Virus record (IMG/VR): IMGVR_UViG_3300029906_000002
Location: 12,507 to 76,506 of that record
Length of the DNA stretch: 64,000 nt
Source of the DNA: a virus
Direction: 5' to 3' (one strand)
The translations under genes and the position numbers were made by a program. The notes under the pieces were generated by a model that was given only the letters and a program-made list of their open reading frames with translations, searched no databases and was not told the DNA's origin. This document shows positions 48,297-57,180 of this stretch, piece by piece. Position 1 is the stretch's first letter. Each line of letters opens with the position of its first letter.

Positions 48297-51200
48297 TTAA
48301 TCCTCCTCTGCAATAAATCGTTTATCAAGAGCTTTTAATAGTTTAATTGGGGCAAATAGACTATATCCATTCCATACTGTATCTTCATCCTTTCCTCCGC
48401 CACCTCCATTTATAGATTGGTTTTTTATTCTATTTCCTTGTAATGAAGATGTACTATTTTCATTAATATCATTTAAGTATATGTTCTTACCTTCCGAAAC
48501 AAGCATATTATTAAAAGCTCCAACTGTTGAAATCGGGTCTGGATTATCTGGATTAATTGTAGGAACATAATATTTTTGTCCTATTGCATTTTCTTTCTCT
48601 TCAAATACAACATCATACAAATAAAATCCGTTATTCAATACGGTAGGAATATATTCATCAGTTTCTTCATTATGTGTTATATAATACACCTTACCTGTTT
48701 CTCCTCTTATTGATGAAAAATTAGTGGTTTGGTCAGGATTCATGATAAGTGTTTGCATAGTCCCTTCAAGATATTGTACTACACTATTAACAACATCTTG
48801 TATATTCCTTGTATTCTGAATAAGGCAAGTAGCTATTACTTCAGTAGCCTCATCGGGAATATCGAACTGTATATTGTTTTCTTCATCCGGAATTAAATCG
48901 AGAGTAGGCATAACATCTTTTTCTTGATTCAATACTTCCTCATGATTTCTTATCCACATATTCTTTCTATATGTAGAATCTATGATTGCTGGAATTTCGG
49001 ATGTAACGCCATCATCAAGAAGTATTTCTGTAGTAAATCCTGTTGGATCAACAGTAAACTTGATAGATACGGTAAAGTCTGTTATTATACGATCAGTATA
49101 TGCAATAACAACAGGCTTGGTTACTCCTGTCAATACTCCGCCTTCATTATCGCATACATAAAGTTGTGATAACATTTGAGCCATATAATTGAAATGAACA
49201 AATTCGTATGGCTTCGTTCTTGTTTGTCCTATTGATTTCTCTGTAAGTGGAGTGAACATATTAATAGGTACGGAAAGATCATGATCTGAAGCAAGTCTTA
49301 ACATGGTAACGTATGTAACACCTACATCTATCAATGATCCCCATTTTTTAGGAAGCTTTGTATAAGATATTGATGCATAATCTGCTGCGCTGTCTTGATC
49401 TGGAACCGAATAGATAGGATTTCCTTCGTTTGCAGTATTAGCAAGAGGCTGCTTTCCGGTTTTGTCTATCCACCAATTCAAATCTCTATATACTGTAGAA
49501 AAACTAAATGTGACACTTGTATTAGGACACAAGTTCATTCCGACATCACCTTGGTTTTGATTCTGAGGATCTCCTGCCGCACATATAGCCAAAGCAAACA
49601 TTGGATATTTAAGTAATACACTAAATAATTGTCCTCTGTCTTTTGAGTATATTGTTTCATTATAAAATGATAATCTATCTTTTGTAACAAAAGACATATC
49701 TTCAGTATGCTTTCCAGACCATCCTTTTTGTACATCTCCATTATTCCCTTCTTCCGGTATTAATGCCCATGATAAAGCTGGTCTGTTTCCTTTTCTCTCG
49801 AAGTCAACATCGTTTAATCCGGGAAGAATTGTACCATTGAATACACCTGTTTCCGAATTGAATTTAAGCGTATAATTCATATAGTCGTCTTCCGTAACGC
49901 AACAAGGTTCAATCAAGCACTGATATTGTACAGACTGATTATCTGCCATATAGGCAACCAACTTAGCGTATTCAAGTGTTTCTACAACAAGTTCTCCAGC
50001 CGTTATCTCAAGCGTTGTAGTACCTTCCTTGGTGAATTCATTTTCTGGAGTAACCAGTCGCATGTCATTCTGATACATATCACTTGAGAAATCCCATTCT
50101 TCGGGTAATTCGCCTTCTGTAGGCTTCTCTCCTTCTGGTGGTAATACGGGTATAAACGGGTCACGTTCGCTATTCTCACGTATCCTGATAGTAGCCTTTT
50201 CCTCTAATCCAAACGCTACTCCATCGCCAATAGTGCTTACATCCTGTGTAGAGATAGTTTTGGTCATATCTTCATTGGTGACGGATGCAGTCATCTTGCA
50301 GGAATCTTCGGATAACTTGAGTAAGCCTTCCATATTGGTAATGACAAGTTCGGCGTTACCTGTAATGTTGTATTTGTTTGCATACTGCTTTAATGCGTAT
50401 TGGTATTGTGACAATCCTCCACTGGTAGATAGCATAGTTTCAGAGTAGGATGTAACCGTTTCTGCTTCTGCTGCATTGGCTTCAAGCGACGAGTTGATAC
50501 CAAACTCAACCGTTGGTTTAAGTGGTCTAAAATCGACTATTTTGCCTTCACGGTATTCAGCATTGAATGTGTTAGTCGTATATAACCACCTGTAGAAGTA
50601 TTGGAACTTGCTGGTATCTGTAACATCTCCTCCTTTACAGTATTGAACCTCAATGGTCACATAGTACAATCTATCCGGCAGCAGGACGGGTTGTGAATCA
50701 GTATCTCCATCACCTACTTCAATTTTGTAATACTCCGAGTTGAGTGGAATAGTCTCGCTGAATGAACCCGAATAAGAATTCTTCTTGGATACATTATAGA
50801 TGATGGTCTGTACCTTTCCGTTACGTGCCAAACAAGACATGATGAATCTTACTCCTGCTATGCTATATCCTTCTTCTGGATAAGCCTGCAAAGCCCAACC
50901 AAGTATGATGCTGTCCTCGTTACGGAAGTAACGCCATTCGTAAAGCTCAATGAAGCCGGAACCAACCTTATCCAACTGAATAACACCTGAACGGGCAAGA
51001 TAGGTTATGGGTCCCCAAGTCATACAAGGCGTGATGGTATAGGCTATGGAACGCTCTTCACGTTTCTCAACGTCATATCCTTTGATAGTAGTAAGCAAGG
51101 CTTCGTCATGACGGTTGTCGAGTACTTGTTCGCCGTCGTTTTCTACAACAGTGGCAGCTTCCCACATTAAATGGCTATGATTTTTTGTGGATGTTCCTTC

Positions 51201-52181
51201 GGCATTTGTATCCGTGATATCGGCAGTAACAGCATATAGGTACACATCGTTATCCGATTCAAACTGCATCTCTACAGTAATGGCCACGTCTCTTAATGTG
51301 CTTGATGCTTCAGCTCCTTCCTGGTCGTTGAATTCACAAATGACAGATACCGAGAAGCTATCCACAGTAACCAGTTCGGCAATCAGTAACAGTTCACCAG
51401 ATACCTTGGAATTGAACACATTGAACGGTGATTCAATAAGACTACGGTAGCTATCCACATCTGGTGTACCATCAGGGTTATCCTCCATCTCAGGAATGAT
51501 GTACCGTTTGTTATCGTCATTATCATATTTGTAGTCTCGCAATCTGGGTAAGCGTGCTATCTTACCTTCGTCAGTAATCGTGGCGAAATACAGCTCTACA
51601 GATTTGGTATCCAATGGATTGCCACTTGGCGTGTCAGCAGTGTAGCCTCCACCACGAACGTATGCGTTGGAATGGTCGATATAGCCGTCAAATAACCGGT
51701 TGTTCTCGATATTGGTTTGTGTCTGACCAATCGGAGTGTACACGATAAACTTATCACCCGGTGACAGTTTATTCGAGTAGAGCGTCTTTTGGACATACAA
51801 GGTTGATGCACCTTCTTCTGCATTATAAAATCCGAAATCCTTGTTAATAAGCGATACTTGTATGTCAGACATCTCATCCGTGGATATGTTCCGTTCGGGA
51901 GAAGGGAAAGAACCCATCTGTCCACGGTTAAGGAATGGACTGTATGAAGCCACATAAATCACTCCACCAAACTCCACCATACCCACAGGCACATATCCAG
52001 CAGGCAGATAAGCAGTCTCTACACGACCATTACCCATATCTGTCTGTAGGATATACTCATTGCCATTGAATGTGATTATGGTGGCATTCAGTGCGCTTGT
52101 CATCACGTTATTGGGCGTGGAGATGGGATTGAAATCCATCGCCAGACCTTTCTCGAAAGTATTACCAGCTATCTTGCGCAT
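48297..52181 (-). CDS. tail muzzle-related protein, N-terminal part plus variable C-terminal extension
   Basis: 1294 aa; NTFEKGLAMD.NP...SALNA...ILQTDMGN...GSFPSP start typical of crAss stabilization proteins. Confidence 0.7.
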   Translation of the reverse strand: MRKIAGNTFEKGLAMDFNPISTPNNVMTSALNATIITFNGNEYILQTDMGNGRVETAYLPAGYVPVGMVEFGGVIYVASYSPFLNRGQMGSFPSPERNISTDEMSDIQVSLINKDFGFYNAEEGASTLYVQKTLYSNKLSPGDKFIVYTPIGQTQTNIENNRLFDGYIDHSNAYVRGGGYTADTPSGNPLDTKSVELYFATITDEGKIARLPRLRDYKYDNDDNKRYIIPEMEDNPDGTPDVDSYRSLIESPFNVFNSKVSGELLLIAELVTVDSFSVSVICEFNDQEGAEASSTLRDVAITVEMQFESDNDVYLYAVTADITDTNAEGTSTKNHSHLMWEAATVVENDGEQVLDNRHDEALLTTIKGYDVEKREERSIAYTITPCMTWGPITYLARSGVIQLDKVGSGFIELYEWRYFRNEDSIILGWALQAYPEEGYSIAGVRFIMSCLARNGKVQTIIYNVSKKNSYSGSFSETIPLNSEYYKIEVGDGDTDSQPVLLPDRLYYVTIEVQYCKGGDVTDTSKFQYFYRWLYTTNTFNAEYREGKIVDFRPLKPTVEFGINSSLEANAAEAETVTSYSETMLSTSGGLSQYQYALKQYANKYNITGNAELVITNMEGLLKLSEDSCKMTASVTNEDMTKTISTQDVSTIGDGVAFGLEEKATIRIRENSERDPFIPVLPPEGEKPTEGELPEEWDFSSDMYQNDMRLVTPENEFTKEGTTTLEITAGELVVETLEYAKLVAYMADNQSVQYQCLIEPCCVTEDDYMNYTLKFNSETGVFNGTILPGLNDVDFERKGNRPALSWALIPEEGNNGDVQKGWSGKHTEDMSFVTKDRLSFYNETIYSKDRGQLFSVLLKYPMFALAICAAGDPQNQNQGDVGMNLCPNTSVTFSFSTVYRDLNWWIDKTGKQPLANTANEGNPIYSVPDQDSAADYASISYTKLPKKWGSLIDVGVTYVTMLRLASDHDLSVPINMFTPLTEKSIGQTRTKPYEFVHFNYMAQMLSQLYVCDNEGGVLTGVTKPVVIAYTDRIITDFTVSIKFTVDPTGFTTEILLDDGVTSEIPAIIDSTYRKNMWIRNHEEVLNQEKDVMPTLDLIPDEENNIQFDIPDEATEVIATCLIQNTRNIQDVVNSVVQYLEGTMQTLIMNPDQTTNFSSIRGETGKVYYITHNEETDEYIPTVLNNGFYLYDVVFEEKENAIGQKYYVPTINPDNPDPISTVGAFNNMLVSEGKNIYLNDINENSTSSLQGNRIKNQSINGGGGGKDEDTVWNGYSLFAPIKLLKALDKRFIAEED

Positions 52182-52252
52182 TAGTCAAAATGTTTTCGAC
52201 AAAGTTCGCAAAAAGAAAGGCTACTACAAAGCAAATAAGGATGGTTTAAGAC

Positions 52253-53077
52253 TTATCTCTTGATGTATTCCCCAAGCTCTATCACGTCGTATTTACCGAT
52301 GCGATACTCAGGAAGCCATACCATATTGCCCTTGAATTTGTCATCAAGAGCCTTTACGGCATATCGGTACTTACCCAGCAAGGAAGCCCTGTTGGTGGTT
52401 ATCTTGACGTTCTTGAAGATATACCCGAACTTCATCTTGTCCATCATCCTGTAGTCTATAGGTATGTAGTAGTAGCCATTGAATAGTGAAGTATCGGATT
52501 GGTAGTCGTATCCGCTGTAGCCACGAGGAGGACGGTCGGCAGTAACGGTTATATCTCCATGCTGAGTGTTGAATGTGATTGATTCTACCATTTTAATAAG
52601 GTAGTTGAACAGTAGCTTGGAGAGGTCGTCAAATAGTACGTTTTTCTTCTCTTCGCTCATGTAGGTCATTGAAGCAAAGAACTCTTCTTTCACGCTACAT
52701 CCCTGTTTTTTGTTTCGCCCAATCTTTCCAAACCTGCTTATCAGTTTGTTCCACCATTCGTTTGAAAGTTCGACATACAAAGGCACACCATGAGGATCCT
52801 TGAGTACTATCACATTGGCTCGGTATCTGGATAGGATGTAATCAGGAACAGGTAAATTCTGAGAGACACGTATGCCTGATTCAAACTGTGCTGCACTCAT
52901 ATCGTAAGTAGTAAGTAGGAAATTGTCGCACAACTCAGATGTCTCATCGTTGTTGATTACCCTCTCCAAGCACTTTGTTAATGAAGCAGAGAAAGCATCA
53001 AGCATCCTATCTACTCTTACATAACACGTAGAGCACACACTGCTTTCAAACAACAAGTCTTTGATAGTTTTCATCAC
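52253..53077 (-). CDS. hypothetical protein, possibly divergent IHF/HU-like (crAss tail-module type)
   Basis: 274 aa ORF between ring and muzzle genes; function by synteny only. Confidence 0.5.
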   Translation of the reverse strand: MMKTIKDLLFESSVCSTCYVRVDRMLDAFSASLTKCLERVINNDETSELCDNFLLTTYDMSAAQFESGIRVSQNLPVPDYILSRYRANVIVLKDPHGVPLYVELSNEWWNKLISRFGKIGRNKKQGCSVKEEFFASMTYMSEEKKNVLFDDLSKLLFNYLIKMVESITFNTQHGDITVTADRPPRGYSGYDYQSDTSLFNGYYYIPIDYRMMDKMKFGYIFKNVKITTNRASLLGKYRYAVKALDDKFKGNMVWLPEYRIGKYDVIELGEYIKR

Positions 53078-53787
53078 TTAACGGGTTTAAGCGACCAGTT
53101 GAACTTCTTTCTGTTCCAAGTAGTCTGAGCATCAAGCACACGGTCGAATTCGTTCTGAGAAACATGCCTGGGTTGACGAGCGTTTGAACAGAGCCTCATC
53201 CATTCCTGTTTGGCTATCTCGGACATACGAAGCGAGTTGATGTCGTTGATACGCCATGCAGCCTTTTGTTTAGTGATATAAGCAACGTATGCTGCCAATG
53301 CTTCAACTTCCTTTTCAGTAAGCTGTGGTAGTCCATCGTCGTCACACAACAAGCCTTGATAGAGGATATGTACCTTGCCATACGGATTAGTAAAGTGTAG
53401 CCTGTTACCAGCTATGGTGTACTTGGCGAAGATTCCATTGTCGTAGAATTCCGATTTGTTCATCTTGCGACCTTCAATGTAATTCTCCACATAGTGCGAA
53501 TCCCAATCACCATTGATAGTAAGGTTTGATGTGTACTTCCAATTCTCACCCCAAGTGAGCGTGACTGATTCAAGCAACTCCGGGTCACAGTTACAAGGAA
53601 GGTCGGCAAACCATCCTCCATCCTCATCGGGTTTCAAACAGAGTATAGCATGATACATCCTGTACCGGTAGTTGCCTATCTTTTCAAAGCCTGATAGAGC
53701 CATCTCCTCAAAGTCGGTTGGATTTAGTTCGACGTCATAGAGAAGGTTGGCTCTTGCGTATGCTGCGTGGAAATTCTGAAGCTCCAT
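53074..53787 (-). CDS. tail tubular / ring protein (P22 gp4-like)
   Basis: Start placed at ATG 53787 (MELQNF); DLPCN, ILYQGLLCDDDGLPQL...EALAAY. Confidence 0.75.
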   Translation of the reverse strand: MELQNFHAAYARANLLYDVELNPTDFEEMALSGFEKIGNYRYRMYHAILCLKPDEDGGWFADLPCNCDPELLESVTLTWGENWKYTSNLTINGDWDSHYVENYIEGRKMNKSEFYDNGIFAKYTIAGNRLHFTNPYGKVHILYQGLLCDDDGLPQLTEKEVEALAAYVAYITKQKAAWRINDINSLRMSEIAKQEWMRLCSNARQPRHVSQNEFDRVLDAQTTWNRKKFNWSLKPVK

Positions 53788-53805
53788 AGTAGTGTTGTTT
53801 TTGAA

Positions 53806-53813
53806 CAAAAATA
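53806..53813 (-). promoter_or_regulatory. -7 promoter box for the ring/muzzle genes
   Basis: TATTTTTG 18 nt before ATG 53787. Confidence 0.55.
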
Positions 53814-53828
53814 GACAAACGTGTTTAG

Positions 53829-54097
53829 GTTGGAACAGAACCTTACTGAACGGTCCGAAGTGTGCAAAACAAGCTCCAATCATGCTGTTCCAACGGGCTG
53901 CAAGCGCGGTGCAGTTCCGCAGGAACCAGCCGGGCGAACTTATTCGGTATTGGTATTTAGTCGCAGACTAAAGACCATTGTTGTCTCACAAGAGTATTAT
54001 ATATATAGGATACCACACTTTTCCCGGAAAGAATGTAGTTTCATACCACACTTTTCCCGGATTTTACCACAAACTACTTTGTATTTGTGGTAAAATC
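53829..54097. other. putative plasmid-type replication origin
   Basis: Hairpin cluster, AT run 53995-54007, two 19 bp direct repeats and a 14 bp inverted repeat directly upstream of a Rep_3 gene. Confidence 0.6.
54010..54061 (+). repeat. two perfect 19 bp direct repeats (iteron-like)
   Basis: ATACCACACTTTTCCCGGA at 54010-54028 and 54043-54061, period 33 bp. Confidence 0.9.
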
Positions 54098-54107
54098 ACT
54101 ATCTTTG
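54060..54107 (+). promoter_or_regulatory. rep promoter overlapped by an operator-like palindrome
   Basis: GATTTTACCACAAA(54060-73)/TTTGTGGTAAAATC(54084-97), then -7 box TATCTTTG 54100-54107. Confidence 0.7.
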
Positions 54108-54146
54108 CATCAGAAAACCAACTAATTAATCATAGGAGATTTAAGC

Positions 54147-55130
54147 ATGAATAACAAGCAAATTATCCAGAGTACCGAATCAATCACGCTTGGTTATGAT
54201 ATTAATGTATTGGAATCTAAGATGTTAACTATGATAACCGACAAAATCCAGGTATTATTAAAAGGAACACACGTAATTGGGCAGGCAAAACCGCTGGAAG
54301 TAGAGGAAGATTTGCATGTAGAAATCAACCTCAGAGACATTTTCCCTCGTGGAATGGACATCAGATATTCTGACTTAATCGAAGCAATTAAATCCATTGG
54401 AGCAAAGACATTCTCTTACTTCGACATAGAGGAAGACAGGAGAAAATGGAAGTTCTATTCATTCCTCATAAGCTCTACTATCATCTTTGACGATGAGACA
54501 GTATCGTTTGATATTAGCAAAGACTATATCAATGCTGTCTGCAATTTCACGCATGGATTCAGGAAATACGAACTCGACAATGTTCTCAAACTTCCTACTG
54601 ATGTTTCTATCAGATTCTACAAGTTGATGTCTTACCAACGCAAACCATTTAGCATGGATATAAGAAGGGTGATATTTATGCTCGGAAATAAGAAATGTTA
54701 TCGTAACACAAACAATCTCACTACTACTCTCAAGAGAATATCAGAGACGCTGAGGAAACATGATATTCCATATAACTTTGATTTCTCCATTAACCAACAA
54801 TTCGGTAGAGTGAAGTTTTATCCTATTGTTGGTATGTCCGCTTTTGAAAGCAAACTTCAGAAAGACGACAATGCCGCTCGTCACATATATAAGATGTTGT
54901 CAAAGGATGTGGTTGAAAAGATTATGGCGGAAGGATTCACCAGACAGATTTTCATTAGAAGAAAATCGTTGTTTGAAAGATTCGCTTGCCATACAGGCTA
55001 TAAAGAAGCATTAGACAACATTATTAAGTCAAGTAGAAACGCAAAAACGAAGAAACGCATTATTATGAAGAAGATTGAGCAATGGGTGTATGAGAAAGAA
55101 AAAGGAGGTGATATAACGTGGGATGAATAA
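54147..55130 (+). CDS. plasmid replication initiator, Rep_3/RepB family
   Basis: IIQS...YDINVLESKML...NFTHGFRKYELDNVLKL...SIRFYKLMS...VKFYP matches the Bacteroidales Rep_3 pattern. Confidence 0.85.
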   Translation: MNNKQIIQSTESITLGYDINVLESKMLTMITDKIQVLLKGTHVIGQAKPLEVEEDLHVEINLRDIFPRGMDIRYSDLIEAIKSIGAKTFSYFDIEEDRRKWKFYSFLISSTIIFDDETVSFDISKDYINAVCNFTHGFRKYELDNVLKLPTDVSIRFYKLMSYQRKPFSMDIRRVIFMLGNKKCYRNTNNLTTTLKRISETLRKHDIPYNFDFSINQQFGRVKFYPIVGMSAFESKLQKDDNAARHIYKMLSKDVVEKIMAEGFTRQIFIRRKSLFERFACHTGYKEALDNIIKSSRNAKTKKRIIMKKIEQWVYEKEKGGDITWDE

Positions 55131-55150
55131 TTCATAAAGAGATATCAAAG

Positions 55151-55174
55151 GCACCACTGACAACACAGTGGTGC
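55151..55174. terminator. hairpin between convergent genes
   Basis: GCACCACTG/CAGTGGTGC 9 bp stem. Confidence 0.6.
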
Positions 55175-55229
55175 AACTATTGTATATAGCGTAGCAGATA
55201 TTATTTCTTCATTAATCTCCACTATTAAT

Positions 55230-55861
55230 CTATTCGATCATAACAATCATTTCGTTTGTATCTGGTAGTATATAAGTGCTAAAACTAAATCCACGACCAA
55301 ATATATTTCTAATTTGTTCAGATGTGAGAATGCCTTTAACATCTTCTTCTATATGCAATCCATACATTTGATTTATATCATTACATCCTTCAATATTATT
55401 GTTATTATTTTCATCGTACGAATCTAAATAGCAATCTAAATCATAACTGTATCCTTCAATTCGACATGTAGTTCGTTTCAAATGGGATAATTGGCATATA
55501 CTTGCACGAAAAAATACTCCAGACGTAGATGAATTAATACCAAAATTTAAAGCTATATCATCTGATTCTCCTGAATAAATACCTTTTGGTATAGTCCACA
55601 TCATTACAGGAAATCTTGGTTCATAATAATGGCAACTTACATAATCGAATGATCTTGTGGAAATATCTACATTGCCGTTATAAAATGATCCATCGTCAAG
55701 AAAATAAGCAAAAGATTCATTTCGAGATCTTGCCCACCAAGCATCTATAGGATTGTTTAAATCTTGATAAGCAAAACGGATTGTATTAAAATCAATATCA
55801 TTTTCTATCACTCCAGAATCAGGTAATATCCCCCCCTATTTTCTATTAATCTCTTACGCAT
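55230..55861 (-). pseudogene. poly-G frameshifted (phase-OFF) accessory gene
   Basis: ATG 55861 reads MRKRLIENRGG, then G7 (55830-55836) leads to TGA after 17 codons; G8 would join it to the 193 aa ORF 55230..55811. Confidence 0.75.
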
Positions 55862-55869
55862 AAACAACA

Positions 55870-55897
55870 AAAAGACGGAACAAATATCCCGTCTTTT
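55870..55897 (-). terminator. terminator-like hairpin
   Basis: AAAAGACGG/CCGTCTTTT stem with T-rich tail on the minus strand. Confidence 0.6.
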
Positions 55898-55932
55898 CTA
55901 CATCATCATGCAATATATCATCAATGCTTTGC

Positions 55933-57141
55933 TTATACTATTTGATTATTTCCTCTATATACGGATATGTTTTTCTGTGTCAATATATCTTGCAGAGTAA
56001 GTATAAACTCGTCTGTAATTGTTGCATTCTCTGCGATAGTAATGGTTATTGGGTTTGAATTTGAAGCGTTATTAATGAGATAAGTAAAGCTTTCTTCGTT
56101 GAGACTTGGAGCGTTTGAAAGATCGGTATTCTTGTTTACGTTCTTTATACGCACATAACTGAGAAGAAGTGCATTTCTGAACATTTCAAATGCCCAGTTG
56201 TTAGCATTTCCCATCATTTCATTTACATTGCTTGCGTCGATTATATAATCAATTTTAGTAAGTTGTGGTGCCGAAAATGCTGAATACGTATTACCTCTAA
56301 TATTCCAAGTTGTATGTTCTTCGTTTGTCGTATCGGGATAGGTTAGTTCTTGAATTTTTGATTGATTTTCAAACAAGTATTCCGGACCATTTTGAATATT
56401 TAATACGCAATCAAATTGTTTAAATTTTGAATTGGAAAATAATGCTACAGCATTATTTACTGGAGTAAATAAATTTCCTCCATCTCTATCGGTGTATTTA
56501 AATCTTCCAAACGACGTCCATTTAAATGCGTATGGAGCTGACGTTACTCTTATCCCTTCTTCTTTTATATGCAGGCAAGTGTTTTCTGTTGAATTAGAAA
56601 AACCAAAATTAAAAAATACCATATCAAGAGCTGCCCAATCTGGATTAGTAGTTATAGATGGCAATAGGGTAACAGTTACTTCGTCTTTATCGTCATCAGA
56701 AAGCGTATGTTTATTCATTAATCCAGAGAACATATATTGTGCTACTCCGCTTAATTTGAATCCATCAGCCTTATACCTACTAAACATATAATCCGCCCAA
56801 CTTTTATTAATACTTGGTGCAGATTCATCATTAGACATTTTTATTCGTCCTTTTTTATGAAGTTCATAGAAGTCAGATACTCTCGCTGGATCGATATTAT
56901 TGAAATCGTTTACCCTATCTTTTGCAAGCGTATAAATTTGTTTGTTGTCTTGTTGTGTTTGCGTGAATACGCCTTCATCAGCAAGTTCTTGTACGGTATA
57001 AGTAGGTAACTTGTTTATATCCGTGTTGCTTTCCGCATACTTTACTACGTTAGGATAGTGGGCATCATACTGCCCCCCTGTTATTTCTTCCATAGTATTG
57101 TCATACGAATGTTTATCAGCAAATTTGAATATCTTCTTCAT
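55933..57141 (-). CDS. putative tail/receptor-binding protein with BspA/DUF285-like degenerate LRR C-terminus
   Basis: 402 aa; YMFS/YAFK/YLFE/EMFRNA repeats, DLSNAPSLNEESFTYLINNA..ITIT; in-frame G6 at 57073-57078. Confidence 0.6.
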   Translation of the reverse strand: MKKIFKFADKHSYDNTMEEITGGQYDAHYPNVVKYAESNTDINKLPTYTVQELADEGVFTQTQQDNKQIYTLAKDRVNDFNNIDPARVSDFYELHKKGRIKMSNDESAPSINKSWADYMFSRYKADGFKLSGVAQYMFSGLMNKHTLSDDDKDEVTVTLLPSITTNPDWAALDMVFFNFGFSNSTENTCLHIKEEGIRVTSAPYAFKWTSFGRFKYTDRDGGNLFTPVNNAVALFSNSKFKQFDCVLNIQNGPEYLFENQSKIQELTYPDTTNEEHTTWNIRGNTYSAFSAPQLTKIDYIIDASNVNEMMGNANNWAFEMFRNALLLSYVRIKNVNKNTDLSNAPSLNEESFTYLINNASNSNPITITIAENATITDEFILTLQDILTQKNISVYRGNNQIV

Positions 57142-57180
57142 AGATTTTATGTTTGTAGTTTGATGGTTGTAAGTTAATAG

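Noticed and set aside
54010-54097. Mini CRISPR array
   Set aside because: Only two 19 bp repeats with a 14 bp gap; context next to Rep_3 fits iterons better
55230-55811. GTG 55811 as the true start of the 193 aa ORF
   Set aside because: Cannot be excluded, but ATG 55861 lies right after the upstream hairpin and is one G away from frame, matching the tract pattern of the two neighbouring genes
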